From NCBI GenBank assembly GCA_041640295.1, contig JBEQAR010000001.1:16453-80452 (forward strand): a DNA stretch of 64,000 nt, given 5' to 3'. Of the stretch, positions 60,065 through 64,000 are shown piece after piece (position 1 is the first letter of the stretch; each line of letters begins with the position of its first letter). The translations under genes were made by a program, and so were the position numbers. Below the pieces are notes generated by a model. The model saw nothing but the letters and a program-made list of their open reading frames with translations. It made no database searches and was not told the origin of the DNA. The stretch is from a bacterium. GTDB taxonomy: Bacteria > Patescibacteriota > Minisyncoccia > UBA6257 > HR35.

Positions 60065-61096
60065 ATGACTTTAGTGTTAACAAGTAATTTAACAATGAAG
60101 AAAAAATTAGATGTAGGAGCGATTATTAGTGGAAGAGTAATTAAAAAAAGAGCGCGAGAAATATTTGTTGATCTTTCCCCTTATGGTATAGGTAGGGTAT
60201 ACGGAATATATTATTTAAGAAACAAAGATTTAATTGATAAATTAAATGAGGGTGATGAAGTTGTAGTAAAAATTATGAGTTTAGATGATGGTTATGGTAA
60301 TTTTGAAATTGAATTTCAAGATTCACACTTTGTTAATAATTGGCAAAAGATAAAAGAGTTGATGAATAATAAAGAAGTTGTTGAATTAGAAATTAAAGAA
60401 GCAAATAAAGGAGGATTAATAGTTGAATTAGAAGGAATAAAAGGATTTGTACCTGCCTCTCAACTAACGCCCGAACATTATCCTCGACTTAGTGGGGGTG
60501 ATAAAAAACAAATTTTAGAACATTTAAATAAATTTGTAGGTTCAAAATTGAAATTAAGAATAATTAATTTTGATCCCTCGGGAGGTAAATTAATTTTATC
60601 AGAAAAAGCAGTTAAATTAGATGAATATTTGAAAGTTTTATCACAATTTAAAGTTGGTGATTTAATTGATGTTGAGGTTTTGGGCATCAGTTCATTTGGG
60701 GTTTTTGTTAAGGTTAATGATAATCCTCAAATTGATGGTTTAATTCATATCACTGAAATTCCGGAAAATCTTAAAAATTTAGAAGAATCATTTCCTAAGG
60801 GTAAAGTTATTAAGGCGAGAATTATTAAAATTGAAAATGATCGCGTTAATTTAAGCTTATTAGAAGATCCGTGGGTAGAATTTGTTAACAAACATAAAGT
60901 CGGCGATGTATTAGAAGGATTAGTTTTAGAAAAAAATAGCGACATATTTGCCGTAATTAAAGTTGGAGAAGTTAAAGGAATACTGCTTGATAATTTAGAT
61001 AAAATTGAAGTTGAAAAAAAATATCAATTTAAGATTAATAAAATAGAACCTCAAGAAAAAAAACTGATTTTAGATTTAGTTGTCAATAATGGATAA
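60065..61096 (+). CDS. rpsA: S1 RNA-binding domain protein (short ribosomal protein S1)
   Basis: ANKGGLIVELEGIKGFVPASQL, SFGVFV..DGLIHITEI; about four S1 repeats. Confidence 0.85.
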   Translation: MTLVLTSNLTMKKKLDVGAIISGRVIKKRAREIFVDLSPYGIGRVYGIYYLRNKDLIDKLNEGDEVVVKIMSLDDGYGNFEIEFQDSHFVNNWQKIKELMNNKEVVELEIKEANKGGLIVELEGIKGFVPASQLTPEHYPRLSGGDKKQILEHLNKFVGSKLKLRIINFDPSGGKLILSEKAVKLDEYLKVLSQFKVGDLIDVEVLGISSFGVFVKVNDNPQIDGLIHITEIPENLKNLEESFPKGKVIKARIIKIENDRVNLSLLEDPWVEFVNKHKVGDVLEGLVLEKNSDIFAVIKVGEVKGILLDNLDKIEVEKKYQFKINKIEPQEKKLILDLVVNNG

Positions 61097-62915
61097 GAGA
61101 TTACTAAAATATTTAATTATTTTTGTCTTAATTATTTTCTTCTTCTTTCTATCATCAGCTTTCTTTTTTCAAAAATCGGTAAAGAATATTTCTTTCTTAG
61201 AACTAAAAAGGTTAATTGAAGATAATAAGGTAAAAGAATTATTTGTTGATGAAAATGCAATTATTGTTCAAACATTTGATAATAATTTTTTCAAGGTCAA
61301 TAAAGAAAGTAATCTTAGTTTTTGGCAAATTGCTAAAGATCTCCAAATATCTACACCTACTTTATTAACGTTAAAAATTACTTCTCAAAATAAAGGTTAT
61401 AAAGATTTAATTATAGTTATTTTAGTTAATCTTTTGCCTGTTTTAGTTATTATTTGGTTATTTTGGTATATGTTTTCACAAGCTCAGAAAGGAGCGGGAC
61501 AAATTTTTTCGTTTTCTCGCTCTGGAATTAGAGTTTATGATCCTAGAAAAGAAAGAATTACTTTTAATGATGTTGCTGGTTTAGAAGAAGCAAAAGAAGA
61601 ATTAAAGGAAGTAATTGATTTTTTAAAAAATACTCAAAAGTTTTTAGCTTTAGGCGCGAGAGTGCCTAAGGGTGTTTTATTAATTGGACCTCCGGGAACA
61701 GGCAAAACTCTCTTAGCAAGAGCAACAGCTTCAGAAGCTGGAGTTCCCTTCTTTTATATTTCTGGTTCAGAATTTATTGAATTATTTGTCGGTATTGGTG
61801 CCTCAAGAATAAGAGATGCTTTTGCTGTAGCAAAGAAAAATTCTCCTGCTATTTTATTTATTGATGAGATTGATTCTATTGGTAGAATAAGAGGTTTAGG
61901 AATTACTGGTGCTCATGAAGAACGAGAACAAACATTAAATCAATTACTTTCAGAAATGGATGGATTTGAGAAAGAAATACCTTTAGTGGTTTTGGCAGCT
62001 ACCAATCGTCCTGATGTTTTAGATCCAGCACTCTTAAGACCCGGTAGATTTGATCGCAAAATATTTTTAGATCTACCAACTGTCTCTGAAAGAGAAGAAA
62101 TTTTAAAAATTCATTTAAGAAATAAAAAAGTAGGTAAGGTTGATGTTAAGCAAATTGCTGAAAGAACGCCTGGATTTTCTGGAGCAGATTTAGCTAATTT
62201 ATGCAATGAAGCAGCAATCTTTGCTGCTAGAAAAAATAAAAGTCAAATTGAACAAGAAGATTTAAATGCGGCGATTGAAAAAGTTTTATTAGGACCAGAA
62301 AGAAAATCAAAAGTTTATACTAAAAAAGAAAAAGAAATTGCTGCTTATCATGAAGCGGGTCATGCTATTGTTGCTCATTATCTTCCCCATTCTTCGCCTG
62401 TTCAAAAAATTTCAATAATTGCTCGTGGTCGAGCTGGTGGTTATACTTTAAAAACACCATTAGAAGAACGAACATTTTATTTTAAAAAAGAATTTTTGGA
62501 TGAATTAGCAAGTATGTTAGGTGGTTATGCAGCTGAAAAATTAATTTTTGGCGATGTTTCAACTGGTGCCAGTTCAGATTTAGTTATTGCCACTAATTTA
62601 GCTAAAGAATTGGTTGTTACTTATGGAATGTCAGAAAAATTTGGACCAATTAGTTTAAGTAGAAAACAGGAATTAATTTATGGCGTGAAAGAATTCGTGG
62701 TGGAAAAAGATTATTCAGAAAAAACTGCTCAAGAAATTGATGAAGAAGTAAAAAATATTTTAAACAATGCTTTAGAACGAGCAACAAAAGTTTTAGAAAT
62801 AAAAAAAGATAAATTAGACTTAATTAGCAAAACATTAATTAAAAAAGAAACAATAGAAAAGAAACAATTTGAAAGATTAATTGGTGAAGAAAAAGGAAGT
62901 TTAACTAATATTTAA
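61089..62915 (+). CDS. ftsH: ATP-dependent zinc metalloprotease FtsH
   Basis: Two TMs, [39 protein letters not shown]. Confidence 0.98.
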   Translation: MDKRLLKYLIIFVLIIFFFFLSSAFFFQKSVKNISFLELKRLIEDNKVKELFVDENAIIVQTFDNNFFKVNKESNLSFWQIAKDLQISTPTLLTLKITSQNKGYKDLIIVILVNLLPVLVIIWLFWYMFSQAQKGAGQIFSFSRSGIRVYDPRKERITFNDVAGLEEAKEELKEVIDFLKNTQKFLALGARVPKGVLLIGPPGTGKTLLARATASEAGVPFFYISGSEFIELFVGIGASRIRDAFAVAKKNSPAILFIDEIDSIGRIRGLGITGAHEEREQTLNQLLSEMDGFEKEIPLVVLAATNRPDVLDPALLRPGRFDRKIFLDLPTVSEREEILKIHLRNKKVGKVDVKQIAERTPGFSGADLANLCNEAAIFAARKNKSQIEQEDLNAAIEKVLLGPERKSKVYTKKEKEIAAYHEAGHAIVAHYLPHSSPVQKISIIARGRAGGYTLKTPLEERTFYFKKEFLDELASMLGGYAAEKLIFGDVSTGASSDLVIATNLAKELVVTYGMSEKFGPISLSRKQELIYGVKEFVVEKDYSEKTAQEIDEEVKNILNNALERATKVLEIKKDKLDLISKTLIKKETIEKKQFERLIGEEKGSLTNI

Positions 62916-64000
62916 ATTTCTGGTACCTCTGAACCTGGAGGAACGTATCTAACGGGAATTTTTTCAATACCATAAGCAGGGACTACTTCTTGAGGAACAT
63001 GGAAAATAGATGCTAGTTCCTCCGTATTTAATATTATTCTGTTAGAAGAAAAGTCAGTTGGGAATCTACCTTTAGTATATAACCAAATAAATCTTTTTCT
63101 AAAAAATATCTTCTCATCGTAAAATAAAATTTTTCCAGATATTGGCTTATCAATAGTAGTAATTGTTTTAGTATCACGCAAAATTCCATTACCACTTGGA
63201 TTATCAAAAACCTTTAAGGTACCCATAACTAAAGCTACATTCTTTTCTAAATTTTTTGCAAAAATATCCTTTTTAGCTACATAAGAAAATCTAATTGTAC
63301 ACCAATAACCTGGTTTAGATATCTTCTTTTCAATCGATTCTATAACTTCCCGCTCTCCTGGTGATAATTTCATAATTGAAACATCTTCAGCTTTTTGTTC
63401 TTCTTTACCAACCTTCCATTCAATTTGCTGACCAAGCATTGCTAAAAAAATATTTTTAATAAATTCTGCAATATAAGCAAAGGGACCTGGCTCTACTTTT
63501 TCTTTTCTTCCCATTAATTTACTTACTTCTTTTTCTCCTCTTTTTTGCCACTCAACACCGAATTCTTTATCATTGCCTAAAACAGGCATCGCCATTATTT
63601 GAAGAACTATCCATTCTTTATCTGTTAAATAACTAACACCTTCGGAAATAACAGAAATAGGATCAATTTTTTCTTCATCTTTTAGATTTTCCCAAACTTT
63701 ATATGTTTTTATAGGATAATAATTTTTGGGTGTCATTCCATCATCTTCCTTGCGAGTAAAAGTATACTCAGTACCAAAAACATTAAATGTCGGATTAGGA
63801 ATTTTCCAAGGTAAATCCTGTAATGGATCTTCAACTTCTTCAATTAAAGCTGCGGGATATTGTGAATATATTCTACTTGTGACAAAATCTTTAAGTCTTT
63901 CTTGGCATCGGATCAAAAATCTTAATTTACCATTATGACCGATTAATTCAAAAATATAAAAGGGTGGAGTAAAACCTAAAATATATTTACTATATGGATC
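62912..64000 (-). CDS. Conserved CPR hypothetical protein (partial, starts outside window)
   Basis: Frame open to the window edge (DPYSKYILGFTPPFYIFELIGHNGKLRFLIRC...); IYSQYP..IEEVED and LNTEELASIFHVP motifs. Confidence 0.7.
   Translation of the reverse strand, partial: DPYSKYILGFTPPFYIFELIGHNGKLRFLIRCQERLKDFVTSRIYSQYPAALIEEVEDPLQDLPWKIPNPTFNVFGTEYTFTRKEDDGMTPKNYYPIKTYKVWENLKDEEKIDPISVISEGVSYLTDKEWIVLQIMAMPVLGNDKEFGVEWQKRGEKEVSKLMGRKEKVEPGPFAYIAEFIKNIFLAMLGQQIEWKVGKEEQKAEDVSIMKLSPGEREVIESIEKKISKPGYWCTIRFSYVAKKDIFAKNLEKNVALVMGTLKVFDNPSGNGILRDTKTITTIDKPISGKILFYDEKIFFRKRFIWLYTKGRFPTDFSSNRIILNTEELASIFHVPQEVVPAYGIEKIPVRYVPPGSEVPEI

Overview
Very AT-rich chromosomal segment (sampled lines about 23% GC) of a Patescibacteria/CPR bacterium, most likely Parcubacteria. 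The evidence is L30 missing between rpsE and rplO, L9 present, TrbC/VirB2-like pilins, split ComEC, a GAD-less AspRS and a C1-G72 tRNA-Tyr. Genetic code 11 fits, since TAA, TAG and TGA all terminate genes. Most of the window is housekeeping and mostly on the minus strand: recR, glyS, recO, S41 protease, rplI, clpB, secE, truB, znuAC, groESL, secA, dnaB, the rplB-secY ribosomal block, aspS, rpmG, a gyrA/parC-like gene, rpsA, ftsH and 9 tRNAs. Points of interest: (i) a tightly coupled operon of site-2 protease, beta-CASP nuclease, methyltransferase, orphan solute-binding protein, three VirB2-like pilins and split ComEC, followed by a DUF2341/LamG protein and a GH3 hexosaminidase; (ii) a separate pilin fused to an M15-type Zn peptidase, and a peptidoglycan-binding/dockerin surface protein; (iii) an accessory region at 51.4-56.1 kb with two self-contained GC-rich promoter-SD-ORF-terminator cassettes (one collagen-like), hicBA, a palindrome, a GAATATT array and a gene split by one in-frame TAG; (iv) near-leaderless promoters, a GTCG leader motif, a switch-like groES leader, Gln at +1 of secreted proteins and a TruB-acylphosphatase fusion. 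All calls are by eye, with no database searches.
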